64,000 nucleotides of DNA from NCBI RefSeq assembly GCF_009914755.1, contig NC_060933.1; one strand, 5' to 3'. Each line of letters starts with the position of its first letter. The stretch's first letter is position 1. The notes below the pieces were generated by a model. The model was given only the letters and a program-made list of their open reading frames with translations, was not told the origin of the DNA and searched no databases. This document shows positions 14,378-29,448 of the stretch, piece by piece. This DNA comes from the human T2T-CHM13v2.0 reference genome, Homo sapiens. The position numbers and the translations under genes were made by a program.

Positions 14378-15223
14378 TGGGTCTCTATCTCATTTCATAT
14401 TCAAAAGTACCTTCAGTTGGAATTAAAGTCTACATGTGAAAGATAAAACTATAAAGCTAACAAAAGAAAATATATATTCAAATCCAGTATATTTGTGATT
14501 TGTGGGGGAGAAAAACTTTAAAAGTCAAAACCATCAAGCACAAAGGGGGAAACCTGATGGATTCGGATGCATCCCATGAAAGACTTCTATTTGATGAAGA
14601 GTATCACAGACAAAATTATCAGATAGATGAAAAAAGCAAGAGAATACATGTGAAAATTCTGTTGCTGAAAACCTCAACAAGAAAGCCCAATCTGAAAGTC
14701 AAAAGAAAAACATGGAGAAAAGATAAGAACATAAAATTTACAGGAAGAATCTGCTAATTTACTAATGAAGTGCAACCAAAGAATTACAAATCAAACAATG
14801 AGGTATTCCCTTTCTCCCTACTCCCACAAACTAGCAAACCTAGAGACTCTCTCAAGGAAGAGCAAGGATGTTGCTGGTGTGCGCCTTAGTAGCTCAGCCA
14901 TTCTGAAAGCAAATGCAAGCCCTAGGGAAATTCAATGTACGTGTACCCTGTGACCAAAACGCCACTCTTGGCTCCTGTCCCAGAGATACCGTCCCCGGGT
15001 ACAGAGAAAAACATGCGTGAGAGTTTGTAGCAGCTTAGTCATCCTTCTCAAGAGAGCTCAGTAAGTGACATGTGGACTGCATACGTGACGGGCCCCAGGC
15101 AGCCCACCACAGTAATGATCTGATAAACAGAAACCACCATGGACAGATCTCAACAACATATACAGTGGTGGAAAAGGAAGAAACAAAATGGGATTTGTGG
15201 AACAATAACATGTTTGCAAACTT

Positions 15224-15392
15224 CTTTTTTCTTTTTTTGAAACAGAGTCTTTCTCCATCACCCAGGCTGGAGTGGAGTAGTTGCGATCACAGTTCAGGGC
15301 AGCCTTGACCTACGGGGCTCAAGCAATCCTCCCACCTCTGCCTCCTGAGTAGCTGGGACTACAGGCAGTCGCCACCATGCCTGGCTAATTTG
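15224..15392 (-). mobile_element. Partial old Alu (single arm)
   Basis: Poly-T, then cacccaggctggagt...ctcaagcaatcctcccacc...ctggctaattt. Confidence 0.85.
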
Positions 15393-16478
15393 CAAATTTC
15401 TAAAAGGCACAAACACAAAATATGTTTTCTCAGAAGTACATATATGTTAAAAAAAAAAAAAAAAGAAGGTGGATTGGAAGGAGATAGGTTACATTCATGA
15501 GGAAGTGGCTGTCTCCGCGGAAGGGAAAGAGGAACTAGCTACTGGCTGGAAGTGGGAAGTGGCTGCTTCTGCAGAGACAGAAAGGGGAATTGTTCAGAGT
15601 GCCAGGAGCTGGGGTATTCAGGCAACTGAGTCTTGGCACCTGAGGTAATAAACTGTCTTGGGTAACACCCCCACCCCCGACACATGCAGTTTAATTGTGT
15701 TCCAGTCCAACTGAGACAAAGGCTTCATCCCTCCCTGTCAATCAGAAAATGCAATGTTCTTAACTCCTATTAAATAACTCTACCCTGCTTTGTTGTTTTC
15801 ACTGGATAAAAGGTTTTAAACAATCCTGGAATTTCACTCAATGGTTAGGTTGATTTAACTGCATTTATTAAACTTAGCAATTCTTGGACTATGCCCCAGG
15901 TAAAGATGAATGTCTTTCTTGACGGGAAGATGAAAAATTCAGCCAAACCTACGGGATTATTCAGATACAGCTGTAGTGCCAGGGATGGCCAACATCAGTA
16001 GGAGTTACTTCTCTAAACGGGAAAACAAGAGACTTAGCAATGGGGGTTTCATTTACTGATCATCACATTTTACAGCCTTAGAACAAAATCCTCAGTGATT
16101 CAACTTTTCGAGATAAGCATTCAAGATAAATATTAAAAGCCTAGGAGCCTGTACTTCCTTGTCTACTAGAAATGTGTTTGTAAGGAAAATGCTCTCAGTT
16201 TCTGTATTTATTTACTTTAAAGGACATAAAAGTCAAGGCTTTCAGCCTAGGCCATAATTCTAAAAGTTTTAAAACTTGTGTGGGGCCCTGACCACTGGCT
16301 CCTGGCTCCTGGCTCTGGCCTGATGACAGGAGTTGTCTGTCCCTGCGTTCCCCTGGAGGACTCAGTAGGCACTTGTGGATAGAGGTGGGAATGTGGAGGG
16401 CATTTGACAAAGTGGAGACTGTTTAAGGCAGGTCTGCACCCACTGGCAGGTCCGGCCCCACCCCCACTGGGTGCTCAC

Positions 16479-16774
16479 CGTGCCTTCTGGGTCCACGAGC
16501 AGCAGGTGCTTGGCCTGGCCATTGTGCATGCCCGTGAGGACAAAGGAGCCCGGGTTGGTGGTGCTCTTCCTGACCAGGAAGTCTCCGTCTTTCTCCAGCA
16601 GCCCCTCTGCCTCCTTCCTGCTCATCTCTCCTTGGTACCAAGTCTCGGCTTGCAGTTCCTCCAGCATCTTGGCATCTGGGGCTCTAGGTGACACAGGGCT
16701 GATGCACTCCACGGAGGCTGCCTTGCTTAACACGGGCCCCAAGGGCTGGTTCTTGAGAGCATCTTCAAAAGGTT
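16479..16774 (-). CDS. SHC3: SHC3 coding exon (exon 11, 296 bp), end of CH1 and most of the SH2 domain
   Basis: ORF 16362..17051 contains [10 protein letters not shown]...[54 protein letters not shown], with the SH2 FLVR motif. Boundaries are gatgacag|AA and ACG|gtgagc. The final exon is not seen and must lie left of position 1. Confidence 0.98.
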
Positions 16775-17989
16775 CTGTCATCAACAATATTGACCAGCAA
16801 CAAGTCAATCCCAAGAAGAGCAAATGATAAAAAAAAAAAAAAAAAATACAGTGAGAGAGATGGAAATGCAAAGGCAACTCCTCCAGAAGGGGAAAACAAA
16901 AACCAATGGAGACAACTAACTGGCTGGTAATATAACAAGAGCCATCATAACAAGCATTGAAAAGCACAGCCCAAATTTTGGCATGACTTTCTGATGAGTC
17001 TGCTTTCCCAAGACAGCTGGGAGTTGTGCTATGTGCCAAGGAGTCAAGCACACCCTTTGTCTAGCTAGCTGGAATGACTTCATTTTTGCATGCTGCAAGA
17101 GGCCATGAATATCACATGCCACGTACTTTCTCTGGAACTTCAGCCAGCCTCTTTAACAAATTCTGAACAAAAATCTGCCAATACCAAAGGGAAAGACAAG
17201 CTACAAAGCTTTGATTTTATGCAAAACCTGAGCCCAATCCACCAAAGGTTTATTTCAAAATCTTTGCATCAGGCAAATTTTTAAAAGAGAAAGCTGACGG
17301 GTGTTGGGTTCCTCTTGTGTGACTTGCCCCAGGCTAGGAGCTCCACCTTCCCTTAACCTTCACTTGTTTCCCTGTGGAACGAGGCTCTCACATGAGTGCC
17401 TGAGACCATACTTGGTTTCATCCCCTTCAGAGCACACTTCTCAGTGCAAGGCATGTGTGAATGGTGAGACTGCTGCTCTAACAAGAAATACCAGCAGCAA
17501 AAGAAGTAGCCAGGCATGTCTAACTAAATCCCGATGTTCGATTTTCACATAAGGTAGTGTGTATGAAAGGACTCTGAAAAATGCACAGTGCTATGCAAGT
17601 GGAAGGTAGTGCGATGGTTATTTCAGACTACGCTGTCTACCCATAAGCATACACATACATACAACATAAGCAGCACAAGAACAGGAGTGGTTCTTTCCTG
17701 AGCATAACTACACCCTCAGAGCCCAGCATTGCTCCTAGCACACAGTTCATTCAGTATAGTCAACAGATGCTGTAAAATAAGCCAAACTTGTTCGATGTTA
17801 GTACAGCGTGGGCAGAAGTGAGGTGAGTAAATGAAACTAAAATTAGCTCTTTTTGATGCTTATTAATCTTTGACAGATTTGGAGATAAAAATAAGTTAGA
17901 ACCATTGGCAAAAATTATGTCTGTGGAAGTTCTTTTTCATCTGACTTTTTTCCTGATTACCTGGAATTGTCATTTGTTTTATACTGTTT

Positions 17990-19085
17990 CTACATCATTA
18001 CCACCTTTGCTATCATCTACATCATCAACATCGTCAGCATCATCCCCAACATCGCCACCATCCCCACATTCACTTTTATTGGCACCACCACCACCATCAG
18101 CATCACCGCCATCGTCGCCATCGTCATCACCATTATCACCATCATCCCCATTGTTACCATCATAACCATCATCATCACCATCATTGTCACCACCATCACT
18201 GTCACTACCAGCAACAGCAGCAGCAGCAATAGCATCACCACCATCAACACTATCATCACTATCCCCTCACCATTATCACCACCACCATTACCATCAGCAT
18301 CATCAGGATCATCACCATTATCACCATCATCCCCATTGTCATCATCATCATCATCACCATCATTGTCACCAGCATAACCATCATCATCACCATCACTGTC
18401 ACCAGCAGCAACAGGAGCGGCAGCAGTAACAGCAGCAGCAGTAGCATCACCACCATCAGCACCATCAGCACTATCACCATCACCATTGCCACCACCACCA
18501 CCACCACCATCGGCATCACCACCATCTCACCACCATTATCACCATCACCACCACCACCTTTGCCACCAGCACCATCATCAGCATCATCACCACCATCATC
18601 ACCACCACCAGCACCATCAGCAGCAGCATCACCACCATCATCATCACCATCATCATCACTATCAACACCACCACCATCAGCAGCATCATCACCATCATCA
18701 TCATCACCACCACCATCATCAACATCACCATCATCATCACTGTCACCACCACCACTATCATCATCAGCAGCAGCAGCAGCATCATCACCATCACCACCAT
18801 TGTCACCATCACCATCAGCACCATCATCACCATCACCATCAGCACCATCATCACTATCACCATCAGCACCATCATCACTATCACTACCATCACCATCTTT
18901 CTACCACCATCATCATCATCATCACCATCATCACCATCACCACCATCATCACCTCACCATTATCACCATCACCATCAGCACCATCATCACTATTACTACC
19001 ATCACCATCATTATCACCACCACCACCACCATCAAAATTACCATCAGCAGCAGCACCATCATCACCACCATCATCACATCAGCAC
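17990..19085. repeat. Degenerate (CAC/CAT/CAG)n triplet array, ~1.1 kb, in intron 10
   Basis: Direct observation. It is the source of the poly-His/Ser-Pro/Ile-Thr and Met-Val ORFs. Confidence 0.97.
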
Positions 19086-20808
19086 CGCTATATTTAGATC
19101 TACTGGTTCAAAATAAAGAACACAGAGTGCTGGCTTTATTTAGTTCCATACTTTTCAATAGGCACCAGCCTTTCTAAGGCTCTTTTCACATCCTGTTTCC
19201 CCTCCTTAGGTTTTGAAAGCAGGAGGAGAAATTAACTGGTGGGAAAAGGGTAGCTCTGGTTCTCATTTTTTCATCCCAAACACCAGCCAATCTAACTTTC
19301 CTTAGGGTCCGTGTCCAGGAGTCATTGGTAAATTGACTATATTAAACAGTAAAAATGGTCTAACCAGACATGGAACTATTAAACTGCAGTTTGGAGGTAC
19401 TATAACAACTCCAGCAAAAGCTTGGAGAGCCACCACTGTGCTTTGCATCTTGAAAAAGTGGCTTCACATTTCTCAAGCTGTTTTCACATTTTTAAAAATA
19501 AAGGCACTGGCGGGACTGAATTAGGTGATCTAGCATTGAAGGTGGCTTCAAGCATTAAGATTCTACAGTTCTTGCTTAGATTATTTTTGTTAAGTCAAAA
19601 TGGGGGTCCAGTGTGTCTGGGAAGTCAAATTTGCTGGAGAGAAACAGTGTTGTTTTCATGAGGCTGCCTAATTATAAAGGCACTTAACACTGTCCTCACT
19701 CATACAAAATACCACAAATCACAGATATTGGACCAGCAAGGCTGCCTTTCACAAATGATAAAGTTAGTTAACTTCTAGGATTCTTCGTTTCCTTCTCTGT
19801 AAAATAAAGATAACAGTAGTTATCGTAATACCTACCTGTAAAAATTTAAAAATAAGTGTTTAGCACATGGTAGAAAATCATTCAGAACTAGTCTCCATTC
19901 CCTCCCTCTTCAGCCTATAAAATTCTCGAGGAATATGAAAAGCAAATTTAGCTCTTGTGAGCTTGTGATGCTCTTTCAAAATTTTTTAACAAAAATTTTC
20001 ACTTTCATTAATCAGTTCATGAACGATTTAATTTCCTCAGTCTATATGACAAACAGAAAGTCTGTGGTACACATCCCACTATAATGCTATCTGCAATAGA
20101 TTCCTATTACTCTCCTTATCCTGTTTAGTTTTCATAACTGAGGAGCATGTACCACTACCTGGTAATAGATACCTCCACGAGGTAGAGACTTTGCTGGTTT
20201 TGTTTTCCTGTATATCTCCATCAAGTAGAATAGTATTTGACAAATGGTAAGTGTTCAGTAAATATTTGGAGTGAGGTAAAAGGTGAGCAAGAGAGAAAAA
20301 AGGAGAGAAAAAAATGAGAGCACAAGTGGGAGGAGAGGAGAAAGAGAGAGAAAACCCTCATAAGAGAGAGGTGTGTTGCAATTTCTTGCCTATATGTTAA
20401 ATGTTGGTCTGCTTCATAGACCTAGAGATCCGTGGAAACACGGGCCATGCCATTTCATCTTTGCATCCTTAGCAACTAATACAGTAGCTGGCACATAATA
20501 GCCAATTACTATTTAAATGAATAAATAAACATTTGTGTATGTATATTGTCTCAATACATTTGCAGATCTTCAAGAGGAACGTCAATTCCAAAAAGAGGGG
20601 GAAATTGCTCTGTCTCTTGACTACAGAGAGGGCTATAATCCTAAAGCCTTAAACAAACCCAATCATCACCCAGAAAAGTACAGCTAATCATCACCATTAA
20701 CCAAAACCCTACTATCAGAAAATTCAGTAATTACACAGATTTCAAATAAAAGGCAGGATAAAAAGCAACCTCAAAAGAAAAGAAAACCAGAGACAAACAG
20801 AAACCCAC

Positions 20809-20967
20809 TCATGTCAAAGAGGTCTTTCCTTGGGCTGCTCTCAGCACTGCTGACCGCAGCCGGCCAGGCCTGTGGTGGGATCTGCTGAGTGTTGACGTAG
20901 GTGGGTGCTTCTCCCGTGGGGGCCACGTGCAGTTTCCCTTCTGGCGTGCTGTAGATGTCCGAGGACC
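20809..20967 (-). CDS. SHC3: SHC3 coding exon (exon 10, 159 bp), CH1 region with YVNT and DLFDM motifs
   Basis: Read manually: ttcttgttgcag|GG TCC TCG GAC ATC TAC AGC ACG...TAC GTC AAC ACT...GAC CTC TTT GAC ATG A|gtgggt, giving [52 protein letters not shown]. Phase 1-1. Confidence 0.95.
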   Translation of the reverse strand, partial: GPRTSTARQKGNCTWPPREKHPPTSTLSRSHHRPGRLRSAVLRAAQGKTSLT

Positions 20968-21572
20968 CTGCAACAAGAAAGTGAGCCCCTTTTCTTTTAC
21001 GATGGTGACACTATTCAAGCCACCCAGCCTTTCACAAAGAAGCTCTTCTGCCTGCAAATGGGAAACCTCCTCCTTCGGATTCCTATGGGTGATATTCTCC
21101 TCTTCTGAGCTTGTCACCACACACTGCTGTGACCCAGCTAGGATGTTTTCCAGTCCTTCATATCAGCATGGGGTCTGCCAGCCAATGTCAGGGTGGACAC
21201 CTTGATGGCTCCACTGTGATGGCCTTAGCAAAAATTTTGGCCCTTGCTGCCCCAAGACCGCAGGAGCCTGGCAGGCAGAACATGCCTGACCTCCTCTCCT
21301 TGACAAATGCTCCAAGATCAAATAACTGAGCAGAAGGACCACAAGCCTTATATTAATTGCTCTTGTTTTCTTTTTAAATATAAGCAAATGCTTTATAAAT
21401 TAACTTCATTCAAGCAATACAATAGAAGCTCTGTACCTCCTAAGGAACTGAGAGAGACTCCTTCCTTATAAAATAGGGCTGCAGTTACTGCCCCTGGGTC
21501 TGTGAAGGAAGCCCAGGGTGGGTGTGCAAGTGAAGAGCCCCCTCTGCTGAGGCAGTGATGCTGCCTCGATGT

Positions 21573-21752
21573 GACTTCACAGCTAGCCAATGGGTGTGCT
21601 GAGGCTAGGCCAAGGCTGTTCTGTCACCGAGACCTAGTGTGAAAGACCTAGTGCCTTGACAGGACTTCACAGCTAGCCAGTGGGTGTGCTGAGGCTGGGC
21701 CCGGGCTGTTCTGTCACCCAGACCCTGGGTGAAAGTGACACCCAGACCTAGT
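21573..21752. repeat. Tandem duplication, two ~90-bp units
   Basis: gacttcacagctagccaRtgggtgtgctgaggctRggcc..ggctgttctgtcacc.agacc starts at both 21573 and 21663. Confidence 0.9.
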
Positions 21753-22427
21753 TGCCGGAGAACGCCTGTTCAGATCCTTCTCGGAGTCTTTTTGTGTGTG
21801 CGCCCTGTCTCCAATCTTCTTACGTAAACATGTTCGCAAGAACACCCTGTGGTATTCACATTTCTGGAAAGAGGGTGTCTTTCATACCCTATGGGCGGTG
21901 GTGTGTTGAAGCCAGCTCAATCCAGCTGGCAGGAGTTGGTTCAGGGCTTTTTAAAAAGCGTTCCCAAGAGCCTGTGGCTGGACATTTGCCAGCACACCAC
22001 TGTCTCCCAGGCTGTAGGTGTGAGAATGAAGTGTCGTGCTAACATTCCCTCGCTGGGGAGCACCACCTGCAACATCATGGACTGTGTTTCTACTCTCCTA
22101 TTTCTCAACATGCTTTCTACATTGAAGAGTCTAGTCAGATTACGCATCCTTGCTTAGTGACAGCTATTTGCAGTTTACACCTTTGTGTACATTGCAAACG
22201 AATCAGCCTTTAGAAAAGAATTTCATTAAAAAATTTTAAAAGGAGAAGATCAAGAGCCCAAATGCATAATCTTCCTGACTGCCCTTTCCCACCATAGATG
22301 ACAACAGGTGCTGAGCCGGGGCAGGAGGACACGTGCCATCGTGATACCTGGAGTTCACTTCCATTAGGGACAGTATCTGCCAGCAAATTAATAAGTGACA
22401 TTCTAATTTGTTATGTGAGAAAAGATA

Positions 22428-22881
<454 letters not shown>

Positions 22882-24062
22882 TAAACCTGATATATTTTAC
22901 AATAAAGTAAATATCTAAGGGAAATAATGTGTCTCCTTTATTCTTTAGCAGTTATTATATGTCTATGCACACACATGTTATGGAAATGCATTTTAAATGT
23001 GTGTAGAACAAGGATAAATAGCCCATAATGAAAATGTCCCTCTGGCAAAGTTATGACTCTGATTTGCTATTTCCAGCCTATTCTGAGGCAGAACATGTGG
23101 TGGCTTCTGCCAGGCCTTATGTTTTATTGACTGGGCCAGCACTGTGGGTCTTCCTGCATCTGGGGCAGGCGAGACGAAATTCTCTTACACAGAGGACATT
23201 TTAAAAATGTATTGTCATTTGCTTCCTGGCATAAATAGCTATAATGAAGGAATAAGCCTCAACATTAAACCAATAATGTTTAAATTTAGATACATAGAAG
23301 CATCAGTTGCATCCATCCCCTTCAGATCTTATAGACTTAGTAGCCAGGATCCCAGAGCTAGTGAAAGAGTTATAAATGTTTTTGAGAAGGGAAAAAGGTT
23401 AAAATTAAAAGACATTCTTAAAGGATTAGATTGAGATATGAATACATTCATACATATTTGTATGTGTATATATAACTGTCTAGAGAATAAAGACTTATGT
23501 GAGCAATTAGCAGTTACTTCTTAGATAGTTGTATCTAAATTATGATGGCTGTATCTAAATATATTTGAATTATTTGCAGATATCTGACTTATAGACAGTT
23601 ATATCGACATTAGTTTTAATGTGTGATGTAGGTGCATATTATGATTGTAAGATGCAGAAGTGTTCTCTGAGAGTATCCAGGGCCTGTGAGAGACGTATAT
23701 CCCTGGTGCCACCTCTGCCTCAATCCCCAGCTTAGAGTAGGGGGCTTCACATCCCCCCTGAAGCTGACCCTGAGTAAAGGGAAGGAGAACGAGACAAGGA
23801 AGGAAAGGCAACAATTTGTTGTAGGAGTCACGGGGGCTCAACCTCCACCTTAGAGTTGCCTCACCAGTTCCCATAGGAAACTGGGGTGAAGTATGCCTGA
23901 GATGTCAACTTCTCAGCACCCCTGGGCATGGAAGCTCTCCCAGCATGGAGGTGTACAGTCTCAAGGGCATGAGGCAGTGACTGCAGACGGGGTGTGAATG
24001 GTCCTGGAGCTGCAGGGAGGCACTATCTGATTGGTGCCAGGAGATGTCTGCAACACTGTTGC

Positions 24063-24357
24063 TTTTTTTTTTTTTTTTTTGAGATGGGGTTTTGCTGTTG
24101 TTGCCCAGGCTGGAGCGCAATGGCATCATCTTGGCTCACTGCAACCTCCACCTCCTGGGATCAAGTGATTCTCCTGCCTCAGCCTCCTGAGTAGCTGGGA
24201 TTACAGGCACCCGCCACCACACCCGGCAAATTTTTTTATTTAGTAGAGTTGGGGTTTCACCATGTTAGGCTGGTCTCGAACTTCTGACCTCAGGTGATTG
24301 TCCCGCCTCAGCTTCCCAAAGTGCTGGGATTACAGGCGTGTGCCACCGCGCCTGACC
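24063..24357 (-). mobile_element. AluS element
   Basis: Full Alu with TSD acactgttgct / acaccgttgct. Confidence 0.94.
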
Positions 24358-24528
24358 ACACCGTTGCTTCTATTTCTATAGTCTAGTCAGGATTCTATAG
24401 CAACACACACAGCACATATATCCAGGGGTCACTCTGTCAGTCCACAGAAAATAGGCGACCCAGTGGTGAGCATGTTACTTTTGAAAAGTGTCTTTTGTGT
24501 TTCTCACCCATCTCACCTTGCCTCTCAC

Positions 24529-24616
24529 CTTGCCTTAAAGGTGTTTGCTGCCAGTCTTCGCCAAAAGTGTCTCCTAAGTGTCTTCCCTGGTAATAAGTCT
24601 GCTCTTTTCCTGCAAA
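24529..24616 (-). CDS. SHC3: SHC3 coding exon (exon 9, 88 bp), CH1 region: [29 protein letters not shown](G)
   Basis: Read manually: gtctatag|TTT GCA GGA AAA GAG CAG ACT TAT TAC CAG...AGG CAA G|gtgaga. Phase 0-1 links exons 8 and 10 in frame. Confidence 0.93.
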
Positions 24617-25626
24617 CTATAGACACATGTAAATACACAGAATGAAAAAATTATTTTCTTCTCATTTCACCACTTTTGAAAGCCACAAGACAGTCGGCGA
24701 GTTGATCCTTAAGGTGGTTCGCATCCTCTGTTACACCCAATTTTCCCTTCATGCCTCATGGTTGGCATTAAGATTTGGGAAATAAGTTTGTGTGGGTGTG
24801 AGGAAAAGGCTGCATCTCCATCAAAACTACACATGCCCCCCCGCTTGTTTTCATTACCCCCCCCACCCCTCCCGAAGTGTGACTGTAAATCAAGCTCTTC
24901 CATATGTATGTCCTAAAATAAATTTCAATTACAGAGTATCTATGTGTCAGAACACACTTCCCACATAACACATACGCCCATGATCGTTCACACTTGGTCA
25001 AGTCCACTCTGTAAACCAGGAAATTTCCTTCAAAAAATCAGGAAATTCCCTCTCAGTGTCAGATCCCTGAGCTCAACGTTATTTTGCCATTTTTAGTGGT
25101 GTCATTATCATTCACATAAGGTAGTAACGTTAAAAAATTTCCTATAACAAAACAGAAATATCATAACTCTAGAAAGCAATTGCCTTACTAGAATTTTGAG
25201 TTGGACATAAAACAAGGGAATGAATAAAATAGAAAACTCATAAAATTCTCATCATTTTAAGCGTCTATATTCACTCCTTTTCAGAGAACCCAATGCCTCC
25301 CAAGCCTTTTTAAAATCTTAAATTCTCTCTTTCCCTCACTGAGATCACAGTATGATGGAATATGTCTGAGGGTACAGAGGACACCCCCAGACTCATATCC
25401 CAGGAATCACCACACAGTTCCAAAGCATTTGGCCAATGCTTTATGATGTTAACCCAAAGCCTCTCTTCATCTGCATGCCTCATGAAATCCAGTGAGAGAA
25501 AGCTCATGATTTACTGTGTCAAAAATGAAACAGAACATCAGCCTGAAATAAAACCAAAGAAAACAAAAGGAAATAAAGTAGAGTTAGCCTCCATTCCTTA
25601 TATAAGAAAAAAAGTATAAGACTTAC

Positions 25627-25777
25627 CTGGGCTGTGTCAGGAGCATGGGGTCTGGGTTTCAGTCTAGTATCAAGAAAGCCCCCTGGAGGAGGCATCTTGC
25701 TTGGGATGCTGTTGTAGTATGGGTGGTCTGAGCCATCTCCCTCCTCTTCCGTCCATGGCTCATCCAGACTCTGCATT
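25627..25777 (-). CDS. SHC3: SHC3 coding exon (exon 8, 151 bp), CH1 region with the YYNS motif
   Basis: ORF 25519..25776 gives [34 protein letters not shown]...DTAQ. Boundaries are cctttaacag|A and CAG|gtaagt. YYNS is a YxN Grb2-SH2-type site. Confidence 0.97.
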
Positions 25778-26189
25778 CTGTTAAAGGAAGATTTCCAAGG
25801 GCTTTAGCCAAAAGTTGAACTTGCAGCCAAAATCAACAAATCTAATGTTAGCGCCTGTTATTAAGAAAAGAGAGTTTAGTCAGTGCCTCCTCAGCCATCC
25901 AGGTCTCATGCATAGATGAAAAGCAGATGAGTGGTTTAGCAAAATATCTCTGCCATATTCAGAGTTTCACTCATTGGAACATTTCAATCATGTTTGAAGG
26001 ATGTCCTTTTGTAAAAGTACATTTTAATTAAAAAAGAAATTATGCCTAAGGATAGCCAGCTCCTCAAGGGACAGCACACATTTTTGTAAGCCATGAAATT
26101 GATCCCAAACAAAACCAACTACAAAATGGAAATTTAGTGATATGAGGGAAAATGGTAGAATATGAACCTCTCAAAATTCTCCCTTCTGC

Positions 26190-27470
<1,281 letters not shown>

Positions 27471-27765
27471 AAATGGAGTCTTAGTGGCATCTGATTTGTT
27501 TTTCAGTGTCCCCAGAGAATGGGGCTGGAACAGCTGGATGCAGTGTGGGTTCTCTCATGTTCCCAGGCTGCACCCTGCTGGAGGAGCGGAGCTGAAACGG
27601 AAGGCAGGGCAAGCTCAGGAGATCCCCGTCACCCCGCTCTCGGATAGTACCCTGCGGGACACCAGGAGCCTCTGCAGGATAAGGTGAGGGGGGTGTCAGG
27701 TCACCGACAGTATGAAGCTACAGGCAGGGCCCCTTGTCACTGCTCTGCTTTAGAAATGATATGCC

Positions 27766-28210
<445 letters not shown>

Positions 28211-28402
28211 TTATGTACACTGCCAGAGAAGTATGGTAGTTAAACTAACTCCCTCCATTCATTTTTGTGTGTATTATCTTAATAGCATTTATTTGGCTTT
28301 TATTCAACATTTCAGAAACAAAGGCTAGCATAATAATTAATATGAAATATACTTATGCATCCCCCATGGAGATTAAATAAGTGTTAACCTTTTGATCTAT
28401 TA

Positions 28403-28798
28403 TGTTAAATCAAGTTTAGCCTAAAGCTACCTCCTTACGTATTTAAATTTGGCCTAAAGGTTTCTCTGTAAATCCTGAACTATACAAGTGGAGGTGTAAA
28501 CAGACTGTAGCCTACTCTTGTGCCAATCACCGAGTTTTGGCCAATCAAATGCGGCCAACTGTTCCAACTGTGTTCAAATAAGGCAAACGCCGAGCTGTAA
28601 CCAATCCAGCTATTTCTGAACCTCACTTCCATTTTCTGTAAGTCATTTTCCTTTTTCTCTCCATAAATCTTCTTCCACTACGTGGCTGCCCTGGAGTCAC
28701 CGAGTCTACTCTGGCTGGGAGGCTGCTCTGTTTGGGAATTGTTTATTGCTCAATTAAACTCCTTTAAATTTAATTCGGCTGAAATTTTTCTTTTATCA
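28403..28798 (+). mobile_element. MER57-like (ERV1) solo LTR
   Basis: TGTTAAATCAAGTTTAGCCTAAAG...TTTTATCA, TSD ATTA on both sides, three CCAAT boxes and ATTAAA. Family assigned from recalled consensus. Confidence 0.82.
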
Positions 28799-28944
28799 AT
28801 TACATGCTTCCCTTTTTAATAAAATTTGTCAAACTTACGTTGGATGGATACATAGATATGTGATATTATAAGTAAAATGTTAATGGTAGAAGCTAGATGT
28901 TGTCTATACAGTTCTTTGTGTATATTGGAACATTTTTATTATAA

Positions 28945-29448
<504 letters not shown>

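Noticed and set aside
16775-17051. N-terminal extension of ORF 16362..17051 with a hydrophobic FFFFF stretch
   Set aside because: Intronic. The open frame reflects the poly-T tract upstream of the true acceptor at 16774.
17905-19177. Poly-His, Ser/Pro-rich and Met/Val-rich ORFs
   Set aside because: All frames on both strands are open because of the CAC/CAT repeat. This is not evidence of coding.
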